A stretch of 34,254 bases of DNA from Thermoflexales bacterium (GCA_041738395.1 JBGSPW010000064.1:64001-98254); one strand, 5' to 3'. Shown: positions 18,175-26,505, numbered from the stretch's first letter. A program made the numbers and translations. Notes: generated from the sequence alone by a model not told the origin.

Positions 18175-21042
18175 ATGCATTTCACGACACCGCTTCTTCT
18201 ACTCTTACTCATCCTCCTGCCGATCATCATCCTGATCGGCAAGCCGGTGCGCGGATCGGCGCGGCGGCGCGAAATCCTCGCGTTGGGGCTGCGGATGATC
18301 ATCGTGGGGTGTGTGATCCTCGCGCTGGCTGGATTAGAGATCGCGCGCCCTTCCGATCAACTGGCGGTCGTGTTTCTGATCGACGCCTCCGATTCGATGT
18401 CGGATGAAGCGAAAGGGCTGGCGACGGATTACGTGCGGCAGGCTCTGCGCCACATGGGGCCGGACGATCAAGCGGCCATTGTCGTGTTCGGCGGTGAGGC
18501 GCTGGTGGAACGCGCCATGTCGTCTTCACGCGAACTCACTTCGCTCACCTCGGCGCCCAACACGGGACAGACCAATCTGGCCGATGCGATTCGCCTGGGA
18601 TTGGCGCTGTATCCGGCGGGCGCGGCGCGGCGCATGATCATCCTATCGGACGGCGCACAAACGATCGGGGATGCCGAGGAAGCCGCACGCTTTGCGGCCG
18701 ACAGCGGCGTGGAGATCAGCACGCTGCCCTTCGTGATGCAGCTCGGCTCGGAAGCCCTCATCACTTCCGTAGAAACGCCGGCGCGTTTGCGGCAAGGCGA
18801 ACGCTTCGATCTGCGTGTCAGCATCGACTCAACGCAAGCGATGCCCGCTCAGCTGCGCGTGCTGGTCAATGGACAAGTGGTGCACGAAGCCAGCTATCGC
18901 CTCAACCAGGGTCATCAAACGATCAGCATTCCATTGACGGCCACTGAACCGGGCTTCACGCGCTACATCGTGCAGATCGATCCACCGCAGGATCACGCGT
19001 ATCAAAACAATGAGCTGGCCGCCATCGCGCAAGTGTTGGGCGAGCCGAAGGTCTTGGTGGTGTCGCTGCCCGAGGGCACGCCCCTGCCCAACGGCGAGGC
19101 GCGCCCCGCTGAAGCCGATGCCCTGCTGCGCGCGCTGCAAGCCGCCAACTTCAACGTGGAAACGGCGCGGCCGGCGCAGCTGCCTTCGGATGTGGCGACG
19201 CTGGCTGATTACGCCTCGGTGGTGCTGGTCGATGTGCCTGCGCGCGAATTGTCGACGCGCCAGATGGAAGCGCTGCGCAGCTACGTGCGTGATCTAGGCG
19301 GCGGCCTCGTCACGATCGGTGGACCCACCAGCTATGGCGTGGGCGGCTACTACAAAACCCCGCTCGAAGATGCGCTGCCCGTCGAGATGCAGATCAAAGA
19401 CGAACAGCGCCGCCCGTCATTGGGTCTGGTGTTCATCATCGATCATTCCGGCAGCATGGGCGAGTTGAGCGGCGGCGCGACGAAATTGGAGCTGGCCAAG
19501 GAAGCGGCGGCTCGATCGGTGCAACTGTTGATGCCCAACGATCGCGTCGGCGTGATCGCGTTCGACGACGTCGCCAACTGGGTCGTGCCCATGACCGAGT
19601 TGTCCGATCCGTCTGGCGTGATCAACCAGATCGGCACGATTCGCATCGGCGGCGGCACTGATATTTATGGCGGCGTGCTGGCGATGTCGAAAGTGCTGCC
19701 CGACGATCCGGCCAAAGTAAAGCACGTGATTCTGCTCACCGATGGCGGTGCTGATCCCCACGGCATTCCTGAACTGGTGCGAAAACTGCACGACGAAAAC
19801 AACATCACCCTGACGACCGTGGGTGTGGGCCGCGATGCCGCGCCGTTCTTGCCCAGTCTCGCGGAAATCGGTGGTGGGCGTTATCACTTCGCCAAGGATC
19901 CCGGATCGATTCCCAGCATCTTCACCGAAGAAACGACACTCGCGACGCGTTCATACATCGAAGAAGGCGAGTTCTTTCCTAAGCAGGCCGCGCCCTCGCC
20001 GCTGTTGAACGGCATCACACAAGCGCCGCCGTTGTATGGCTATGTCGCAACATCGGCCAAAGACGCCGCGCAGACCATCCTCGTGTCGGCTAAAGATGAT
20101 CCGGTGTTGGCGGCGTGGCAGTATGGCCTGGGCAAAGCGGTGGCCTTCACGTCGGATGCCACGGGCCGTTGGGCGCGCGACTGGGTCGATTGGGATCAGT
20201 TCCCGTTGTTCTGGGGACAAGTGGTGCGTTACACCATCGGCGATCCGAACGCGTCCGCGTTGAACGTGAGTGTGGATCAGCAGGGCGATTCAGCCAAGGT
20301 GATCGTCGATGCGCGCGGCGCGAACGGCGACTATCTCAATGGTTATACCCTTAACGGCAACATCGTCAATCCCGATGGATCAGCTCAACCGATCGAGTTA
20401 CAGCAGACCGCCCCGGGTCGTTACGAAGGATCGTTCCAGCCGCGCGATCAGGGTGCGTACGTCATCGGCGTGGCAGGACAATCGCCCGATGGTGAAGTGT
20501 TGAACGAGAAAGCGGGTTGGGTGTTGTCGTACTCGCCCGAATATCGCAACCTCGAATCGAATCCTGATGCACTGTATCGCTTGACGCTGGCGGCGAACGG
20601 GCAGGTTGCGGCCAGCGATCCCGCCGAGGCCTTCGCGCATACGCCCGCAGGGCGCGCCGCGCCGCTCGCCACACGGCCGGCGTGGCCGTGGTTACTACTG
20701 ATCGCGGCGCTGCTGCTCCCCTGCGATGTCGGCGTGCGGCGCTTGGCCTTCGAGTGGCGTGACGTGCAAAAAGCGTGGCGGGCGATCGGGACGAAGTGGC
20801 AAGTGAAGCGCGCGGCGCAAGCAGCCCTGCCCGCCCGATCGGAACGCATGGCGACATTGTTCGATGCCAAGCAGCGCACCCGCGTCGAACGCGTGGAGCG
20901 CGCGGAACCGATCGAGCCGCCGCCAGCCGATCGGGAAGAGACAAAGCCGCCTGCGCCTCAACTCGATCGATCCACCACAAGCAAAGACCCCACCACAACC
21001 ACCTCGAGCTTGCTAGAAAAAAAGCGCGCCCGGCGAAAGTAG
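18175..21042 (+). CDS. Double VWA-domain membrane protein (BatB-like), with a charged K/E/R-rich C-terminal tail
   Basis: About 955 aa from ATG 18175 (MHFTTPLLLLLLILL). The ORF-track start at 18118 is less likely. Two VWA domains with MIDAS motifs DASDSM and DHSGSM. N-terminal and C-terminal TM helices. Terminal tail EKKRARRK. Confidence 0.8.
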   Translation: MHFTTPLLLLLLILLPIIILIGKPVRGSARRREILALGLRMIIVGCVILALAGLEIARPSDQLAVVFLIDASDSMSDEAKGLATDYVRQALRHMGPDDQAAIVVFGGEALVERAMSSSRELTSLTSAPNTGQTNLADAIRLGLALYPAGAARRMIILSDGAQTIGDAEEAARFAADSGVEISTLPFVMQLGSEALITSVETPARLRQGERFDLRVSIDSTQAMPAQLRVLVNGQVVHEASYRLNQGHQTISIPLTATEPGFTRYIVQIDPPQDHAYQNNELAAIAQVLGEPKVLVVSLPEGTPLPNGEARPAEADALLRALQAANFNVETARPAQLPSDVATLADYASVVLVDVPARELSTRQMEALRSYVRDLGGGLVTIGGPTSYGVGGYYKTPLEDALPVEMQIKDEQRRPSLGLVFIIDHSGSMGELSGGATKLELAKEAAARSVQLLMPNDRVGVIAFDDVANWVVPMTELSDPSGVINQIGTIRIGGGTDIYGGVLAMSKVLPDDPAKVKHVILLTDGGADPHGIPELVRKLHDENNITLTTVGVGRDAAPFLPSLAEIGGGRYHFAKDPGSIPSIFTEETTLATRSYIEEGEFFPKQAAPSPLLNGITQAPPLYGYVATSAKDAAQTILVSAKDDPVLAAWQYGLGKAVAFTSDATGRWARDWVDWDQFPLFWGQVVRYTIGDPNASALNVSVDQQGDSAKVIVDARGANGDYLNGYTLNGNIVNPDGSAQPIELQQTAPGRYEGSFQPRDQGAYVIGVAGQSPDGEVLNEKAGWVLSYSPEYRNLESNPDALYRLTLAANGQVAASDPAEAFAHTPAGRAAPLATRPAWPWLLLIAALLLPCDVGVRRLAFEWRDVQKAWRAIGTKWQVKRAAQAALPARSERMATLFDAKQRTRVERVERAEPIEPPPADREETKPPAPQLDRSTTSKDPTTTTSSLLEKKRARRK

Positions 21043-21180
21043 TTCGACTACTTGATCCGACTTCTGTCCGCGCAAGTCCCCGTGTCCTGTTGTCACAGCG
21101 GCAATTCGATCTTACAATAAGTACATCAGCGCTATTCCTCTCACCAGCCTGAGCCAACACGATCGATGTCAAGGAGTATC

Positions 21181-22719
21181 ATGCCGGACAAGCCTCATCA
21201 ACCAGCACACGAAATCACTTATCAGGAGCCTGTGGTGTCCAACCCGGATACCGCCGACAAGGTGTTCGTCGCTGATGCTGTCGCAGACCTCCAGCGTGAA
21301 GTCGCGCACTTGCGCACTGCGGTAGACGTGTTGCAGCGCCAGAATGCTGAGCTCGTTTCCATTCGACAAGCGTTTGAAGTGGAACGCCGCCGCTATCGCG
21401 AGATGTTTGAGTCGGCGCCCGATGGCTACGTGCTGACGAATCTGAGTGGCAACATCCGCGAAGCGAATCGCGTGGCCGCGGCCCTGTTGGGTGTGCGCCC
21501 GGATTTTCTGATGGGCAAAGCGCTGCTGGCATTTGTAGATGAAGAAGCGCGCGCTGATCTGGAAACCACGCTGGCCCGCTGGCGCAACACTGAGGGTTCG
21601 CCGGCCAGGGAGCTGCCGCCCATCGTGCGCGGTTCGATCCGGCTGCGGGTCTACAAAGGCGCCTTCTTTCCCGCCGAGTACGCCATCAGCCCCATGCGCG
21701 ATGAACATGATCGCATCATCGGGCTGCGCTGGATGCTGCGCGATCTATCGGAAAGCGCCCGCACCGCACAGGCTTTGCGTGAACGCGATTATCACTATCG
21801 CACGCTGTTCGACAACGCCGGTGACGCGATCTTCATTCACAACTTGACCGGCCGCTTTCTGGACGTCAACCGGGTGGCCTGCGAGATGTTGGGGTACAGT
21901 CACGCTGAATTGCTCCGCCTGACGCCCACTGACATCAGCGCCCCTGAAACCGCCGCGCGCATTCCCAACTACAACGCCCGGCTGGAACGTGATGAACAGG
22001 TATTTCTCGAAATTGTCGTGGTGCGGCGCGATGGCACCACGCTGCCGATGGAGTTGAACAGTCGCCTCATTGAGTATGCTGGGGGTACCGCGGTCTTGAG
22101 CATCGCGCGCGACATCACGCAGCGCAAACGCGGCGAGGAAGCACTCAAACGCCGGGCCGCACAGCTAACGCTGCTCAGCGATGTGGGCCGCCAGATTGCG
22201 GCGATTCTGGGATTGGAGCAAGTGTTGGATCGAGCAGCACAGCTGGTGCATGATAACTTTGGCTATCATCACGTCTCGCTATTTGTAATGGATGGCGAGC
22301 GCAAAGAATTGATCATGAAGGCTATCGCCGGCGATTTCGTGAAGCTATTTCCGATCGACCATCGCGTCCCGTCAGGTCAGGGCATGGTAGGCTGGGTGGC
22401 CGAACATGGCGAGCGGCTGCTGGCCGACGATGTCGCCAGCGAGCCACACTACATCAATTTCTATCCCGATCTGATCCCGACGCGCTCAGAGCTCAGTGTG
22501 CCCATTCGCATCGGCGATCGAACGATGGGTGTGCTGGACGTGCAAAGTCCTGAAGTGAATGCCTTTGACGAGAACGACGTCAAAGTGATGGAGGCACTGG
22601 CCGATCAGATCGCGGTAGCGATGGCGAACGCGCAGTTATATCAAGAGGCCCAGGAAGCGCGGCGGGTTACGGGGAAATTGAATCCCGCAGTTGCGTCAGG
22701 CGTTAAGCCGCAGCCCTGA
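21181..22719 (+). CDS. Stand-alone sensor protein: coiled coil + PAS + PAS + GAF, no output domain
   Basis: AAGGAG RBS at 21170-21175 then ATG 21181 (the ORF-track start at 21166 would bury the RBS). Two PAS-like segments (FESAPDGYVLTN..., LFDNAGDAIFIHNLTGRFLDVN...). A C-terminal GAF domain. Ends 25 aa after GAF with no kinase/GGDEF/HTH domain. Confidence 0.8.
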   Translation: MPDKPHQPAHEITYQEPVVSNPDTADKVFVADAVADLQREVAHLRTAVDVLQRQNAELVSIRQAFEVERRRYREMFESAPDGYVLTNLSGNIREANRVAAALLGVRPDFLMGKALLAFVDEEARADLETTLARWRNTEGSPARELPPIVRGSIRLRVYKGAFFPAEYAISPMRDEHDRIIGLRWMLRDLSESARTAQALRERDYHYRTLFDNAGDAIFIHNLTGRFLDVNRVACEMLGYSHAELLRLTPTDISAPETAARIPNYNARLERDEQVFLEIVVVRRDGTTLPMELNSRLIEYAGGTAVLSIARDITQRKRGEEALKRRAAQLTLLSDVGRQIAAILGLEQVLDRAAQLVHDNFGYHHVSLFVMDGERKELIMKAIAGDFVKLFPIDHRVPSGQGMVGWVAEHGERLLADDVASEPHYINFYPDLIPTRSELSVPIRIGDRTMGVLDVQSPEVNAFDENDVKVMEALADQIAVAMANAQLYQEAQEARRVTGKLNPAVASGVKPQP

Positions 22720-23866
22720 GCTGCGTCCGCTGGAACAGCCACACCCCGATCGCAAAGTACAACGCCGACAGCACGACCAGCGCGATCAACTCATACGCCA
22801 CGTCGCTCAACCCCGCGCCCAGCACAAAGATCTTCTGCAAGGCGATCACCGCGTGCGACGTTGGCAGGATGTCGAACAGCGCCACACTCTGACCGCCGAT
22901 GGAGAAGATCGTCAAGCGCGGCACAGGGAACATCGCGCCGGAAAAAAACATGAAAAAGGCCAGCGGGAAGTTGGCTAACAGAAACGCCTGCGTCACCGTG
23001 CGCGAGAAGCACGCCACGATCAGTCCGACACCGATCACGGACAGACTCGTGATCGCGCCGATCACGATCGCTGCCCACAACGGCCCTTGACTGCGAAAAC
23101 CCAACAGTAACGCCACCAGCAAGGCCAGCAACAACGCCGCGACCCCCACAATCATTTGTGTTAGCGTCACACCCCCTAAAAAATCGAGGGAGCGCATGCG
23201 CGTGATCTGCAAACGGCGCAGCGTGCCCGCTTCCACTTCGCGCGCCACCGCCATCGGCGCTGAGAAGACCAGCAGGATCACGGCGAAGATCAACAACCCC
23301 GGTACGTAATTTTCGAACTCCGTGCGCGCGCCGGAAGCGCCCAAGGGTTCTTCCGTCACCCGAATCGGCATGGGCTGGCCTAACACGGTTTTAACGTACG
23401 CCTCGAACACGCTGTTCGCCATCACCGCCGCCACGGCGTAGTAGGGCTGTGTCAGATCGCCGACATACGTCACGGTGGTCGCATCGGATGCCGCATCGGA
23501 TTGCAATGCCCGTGAAAATTCCGGGGCGAGGATCAACAGCAGCTGCGCGCCGCGATTCTTGATCCGCGCTTCGCCTTCCGCCCGATCGGCCACCCGCGCG
23601 ACGACGAGCATGGGGCTGCCATCGGCGTAAGTGACCTTCTTCAACTCGGCCATCAAATCATCGCCCGCGTTCCAAAGTTGTCCAGCAGCTTGCTGCACGC
23701 CGACATCTTGATTCAAGACCAATACGGTATACGTCGTCGAACCGGTGGGAAAAAACATCCGATAAAGCAGCACCACCAGCGGCGCAAAGATCAGCACCAG
23801 ACTCAGCGTCAGCGGATCACGCCACTGCTCGCGCACACTCTTGCGAAAAACACTCCACAACCTCAT
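22703..23866 (-). CDS. ABC-2 type transporter permease
   Basis: 387 aa. N-terminal TM, a large extracytoplasmic loop, then a 5-TM bundle. Typical of YadH/ABC-2 permeases. Last gene of the minus-strand TetR-ABC operon. Confidence 0.8.
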   Translation of the reverse strand: MRLWSVFRKSVREQWRDPLTLSLVLIFAPLVVLLYRMFFPTGSTTYTVLVLNQDVGVQQAAGQLWNAGDDLMAELKKVTYADGSPMLVVARVADRAEGEARIKNRGAQLLLILAPEFSRALQSDAASDATTVTYVGDLTQPYYAVAAVMANSVFEAYVKTVLGQPMPIRVTEEPLGASGARTEFENYVPGLLIFAVILLVFSAPMAVAREVEAGTLRRLQITRMRSLDFLGGVTLTQMIVGVAALLLALLVALLLGFRSQGPLWAAIVIGAITSLSVIGVGLIVACFSRTVTQAFLLANFPLAFFMFFSGAMFPVPRLTIFSIGGQSVALFDILPTSHAVIALQKIFVLGAGLSDVAYELIALVVLSALYFAIGVWLFQRTQLRAAA

Positions 23867-23879
23867 GACAACCTCCGCT

Positions 23880-24422
23880 TCATCGACGAAGTCCTACATA
23901 GCGTGGCACGCACGCACAATAGTGTCCATAGGCTTCGCCATAGATATGGTGCAAATGGGCTTCCTCTGCCTGCACCATCAACCCGGCAATTACCGCATAC
24001 AGGCCAATCCACACCAGCCCCCACCACGACGGCAGTAACAGCGCGAACCCAATAACGGCCAGACCGTAGGCCACAATCTGCGGATTGCGCGTGTAGCGAT
24101 ACAGTCCCGTATCCTTTAGGCCCGAGACATCCTGTCCGACGCTTTTACGCATCCCCAGACCGCTCATCGCCACGAACAGGACTGTCAGACCAAGCACCAA
24201 GCACAGCACGGCCAACACCCACAGCCAGCCACTGGCCAGCTCAGTTCCTAGGTACAATCCTGAAACAACGCCCTGCAAAACAAAGATCAGAATTTCCAAA
24301 GAGGTGGACAACGACGTGAGCTGACCGAACTTTTCGTAGTCACGTGCGACTCGTCGAAAGACAGCCACCGCGCACATCACCACGAGACCCGCTACGCTGA
24401 TATTGAGGACGACGACATTCAT
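23880..24422 (-). CDS. Membrane methyltransferase of the ICMT/PEMT (isoprenylcysteine carboxyl / phospholipid methyltransferase) family
   Basis: 180 aa with 4-5 TM helices. C-terminal signature GLYRYTRNPQ...EE.HL...YGEAY..Y...VPRYV is characteristic of the ICMT/PEMT fold. Confidence 0.7.
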   Translation of the reverse strand: MNVVVLNISVAGLVVMCAVAVFRRVARDYEKFGQLTSLSTSLEILIFVLQGVVSGLYLGTELASGWLWVLAVLCLVLGLTVLFVAMSGLGMRKSVGQDVSGLKDTGLYRYTRNPQIVAYGLAVIGFALLLPSWWGLVWIGLYAVIAGLMVQAEEAHLHHIYGEAYGHYCACVPRYVGLRR

Positions 24423-24467
24423 CAGAAACCTTCCTTCACACTGCGCTATAGCCCCGCCCGATTGCTC

Positions 24468-25421
24468 TTACTCCCGCAACCTCCGCCCCGTCAGTTGAAT
24501 GAATACATCTTCCAGTGAGTTGGCCCGCAGCCGCACCTCTCCGCACTGCAAGTCAGACTTCGCCAGCACTTCCATGATCGCCGGCAGCAGATTCACCACA
24601 TTCAACGCCCGCACCGTCACGATGTTCTGGGCCGCGTCGAGCACGACGCCGGGCGTCAACCGCTTCAATTCCTCACACGCCCGCTGAACACCCCCATTTC
24701 CCGTCTGCCCGTTCAGCGCAATTTCGAGCACATCCCCCTCGCCCACACTGCGTTTCAACACCTCCGGCGTATCCAGCACCAGCAGCTCACCGTGATCGAT
24801 GATGGCAATCCGATCGGCCACGCGTTCGGCTTCGTCCATGTTGTGCGTGGTCAGAATGATCGTCTTGCGCCGTGCCAGCGAGTGGATGAAATCACGCACC
24901 TTGATGCGGCTCTGCGGATCAAGCCCCGCTTCCGGTTCGTCCAGCACCACGATCGAGGGATCGTGTACCAGCGCCAGAACCAGACTTAAGCGGCGGCGCA
25001 TGCCGCCCGATAACGTGCGCGCCTGTTGATCGCGCTTCTCGCTCAAGTCAAGCAGCTCTAACAGCTGCGTGCCGCGTTGTCGTGCCAGTAGGCTCGGCAA
25101 GCCATACATCTCGCCGATGAATTGCAATTGTTCGAGGCACGTCAAGCGTTCCCACACGACGATGTTTTGCGGACACACGCCTACGCGTGCCCGAACATCT
25201 GAATCGCCGTTGGTAATGGGTTGACCGTGAATGAGGACGCGACCCGCATCGGGCTTGAGCAAGCCGCACAGCATGTTGATCGAAGTTGTTTTGCCCGCGC
25301 CGTTCGGCCCTAGAAAGCCGAAGATTTCGCCTTCATCGACGGCCAGGCTGAGGTTCTTCACGGCCACCACCGCGCCATAGCGCTTGGTTAGATTTTCAAC
25401 TTGCAGCACCACTGAGGACAT
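24468..25421 (-). CDS. ABC transporter ATP-binding protein
   Basis: 317 aa. Walker A GPNGAGKTT, signature LSGGMRRRLSL, Walker B VVLDEPEAGLD, H-loop TTH. Confidence 0.9.
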   Translation of the reverse strand: MSSVVLQVENLTKRYGAVVAVKNLSLAVDEGEIFGFLGPNGAGKTTSINMLCGLLKPDAGRVLIHGQPITNGDSDVRARVGVCPQNIVVWERLTCLEQLQFIGEMYGLPSLLARQRGTQLLELLDLSEKRDQQARTLSGGMRRRLSLVLALVHDPSIVVLDEPEAGLDPQSRIKVRDFIHSLARRKTIILTTHNMDEAERVADRIAIIDHGELLVLDTPEVLKRSVGEGDVLEIALNGQTGNGGVQRACEELKRLTPGVVLDAAQNIVTVRALNVVNLLPAIMEVLAKSDLQCGEVRLRANSLEDVFIQLTGRRLRE

Positions 25422-25455
25422 GACACATCCTTCTCACGATCAAGCAGACTAAGCA

Positions 25456-25528
25456 CTCATCGCATCCTTCGACTCCCGCTTCGCCTGTGCTCACGCCGTG
25501 TCCCAGCCTTTGGCTGGGCGGCGCGCTA
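25456..25528 (-). repeat. Structured intergenic repeat family A, copy 3 (5' half only, inverted on the plus strand)
   Basis: The reverse complement reads agcgcgccgcccagccaaaggctgggacacggcgtgagcacaggcgaagcgggagtcgaaggatgcg. This is nearly colinear with 12917-12990 of copy 2. Lies between tetR and the ABC ATPase start (25421), in the sense orientation of that gene. Confidence 0.5.
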
Positions 25529-25540
25529 GGCGGCGTCCGC

Positions 25541-26266
25541 TCAGGATGCTTGACCTTTTGTGCCGATCCCCTGCAGGATCAGCGCCACCAGCGCGGCAGT
25601 CACCCGCTGGGCCGATACCTTTCTATCAGTCACCTGGAAATAATTGTTCAGATACGGCAATAACTGGCTATCGCCGATGGCGATCAGGGCGGCATTGACG
25701 GCGCGTGTGGTCGCTTCCAGATCGATGTCCGATCGGACTTCGCCGCGCTCGACGGCTTTGGCGAGCATGTCCAGCACGATGGTGCGCATCGCCGTCCCGA
25801 TCGGCTTTACCACCCGATCGGCCAGTTCGGGATTGCCATGATACGCTGCGCGCGTGATGAACTGGATCATGCCCAGCTGCGTCTGACTCCACTCAACGCC
25901 GGTGTTCAAGTAAGCCGTCAAGCCCTCGGTTAGCGGCATCTCCACCAGCATTGGGCGATACGTCTCGAACATATCCAGCATGTAATGCACGCACAATTCG
26001 ATGGCGAAGTTGAGCAAGCCTTCACGGCTGCCGAAGTATTGATACAACGACCCGATCGCCACTTCCGCCCGCTCGGCCACTTGCTTGATGTTGATGGCCG
26101 TTGGCCCTTTCTCGATCGCTTCGTCGAGGATGGCCGCCAGCACCGCCTGCTGCCGCTGCGGATCGAGCCGCCGGAACGTGCGCGTGACCAGCCCCGCCTG
26201 CTCAAACTCCAGGATGCGCGCCGTGATCTGCTTCCATTCGGTCAAATCGATCGATTGTGAACTCAT
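25541..26266 (-). CDS. TetR/AcrR-family transcriptional regulator
   Basis: 241 aa. N-terminal HTH resembling the TetR_N consensus (INIKQVAERAEVAIGSLYQYFGSREGLL). First gene of the operon, with a palindromic operator just upstream. Confidence 0.85.
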   Translation of the reverse strand: MSSQSIDLTEWKQITARILEFEQAGLVTRTFRRLDPQRQQAVLAAILDEAIEKGPTAINIKQVAERAEVAIGSLYQYFGSREGLLNFAIELCVHYMLDMFETYRPMLVEMPLTEGLTAYLNTGVEWSQTQLGMIQFITRAAYHGNPELADRVVKPIGTAMRTIVLDMLAKAVERGEVRSDIDLEATTRAVNAALIAIGDSQLLPYLNNYFQVTDRKVSAQRVTAALVALILQGIGTKGQAS

Positions 26267-26293
26267 AGTTCATATTTTATACAAATCGGTTCA

Positions 26294-26309
26294 TTTGTCA
26301 AGTGACAAA
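26294..26309. promoter_or_regulatory. Perfect inverted repeat TTTGTCA-AG-TGACAAA; candidate TetR operator
   Basis: 7-bp arms with a 2-nt spacer, 28-43 nt upstream of the tetR-like start codon (26266, minus strand). Typical position and architecture for an autoregulated TetR operator. Confidence 0.5.
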
Positions 26310-26344
26310 AAAAGAGGCGTGACGAAATCTCGAGCGTCACGCCT
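26303..26344 (-). terminator. Rho-independent terminator (10-bp stem AGGCGTGACG / CGTCACGCCT, 10-nt loop, followed by a T7 tract on the minus strand)
   Basis: Read on the minus strand: aggcgtgacgctcgagatttcgtcacgcct then ctttttttgt. Lies downstream of the 26590..27156 gene and the small ORF. The T-tract overlaps the TetR operator. Confidence 0.6.
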
Positions 26345-26505
26345 CAGCCGAACGCTTTCGCAGCTAAGTCCGCTGTCGCGCCGAGAAGGCCAGCACGCCG
26401 CTGAACAACAGAATCGCCAACACATTGAACAGCCCCGCCCACGCGCGCCAAGTCTGCGACCAACGCGACGATCACACACAACACAATGGGAATACGAAAT
26501 TTCAT
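26344..26505 (-). CDS. Possible small hydrophobic protein (53 aa), low confidence
   Basis: MKFRIPIVLCVIVALVADLARVGG... GAGGTG RBS 8 nt upstream of the ATG. The stop codon abuts the terminator hairpin. No homology recognised; could be spurious. Confidence 0.25.
   Translation of the reverse strand: MKFRIPIVLCVIVALVADLARVGGAVQCVGDSVVQRRAGLLGATADLAAKAFG

Noticed and set aside
21041-21060. Near-palindrome gtagttcgactac after the VWA gene stop as a terminator
   Set aside because: It has only a short, imperfect stem without a following T-tract. It more likely represents a fragment of the family-A repeat arm (ttcgactac) than a functional terminator.
20462-21172. 236-aa minus-strand ORF over the 3' end of the double-VWA gene
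   Set aside because: It is antisense to a well-supported VWA gene. It is Arg/Ala-rich and spurious.
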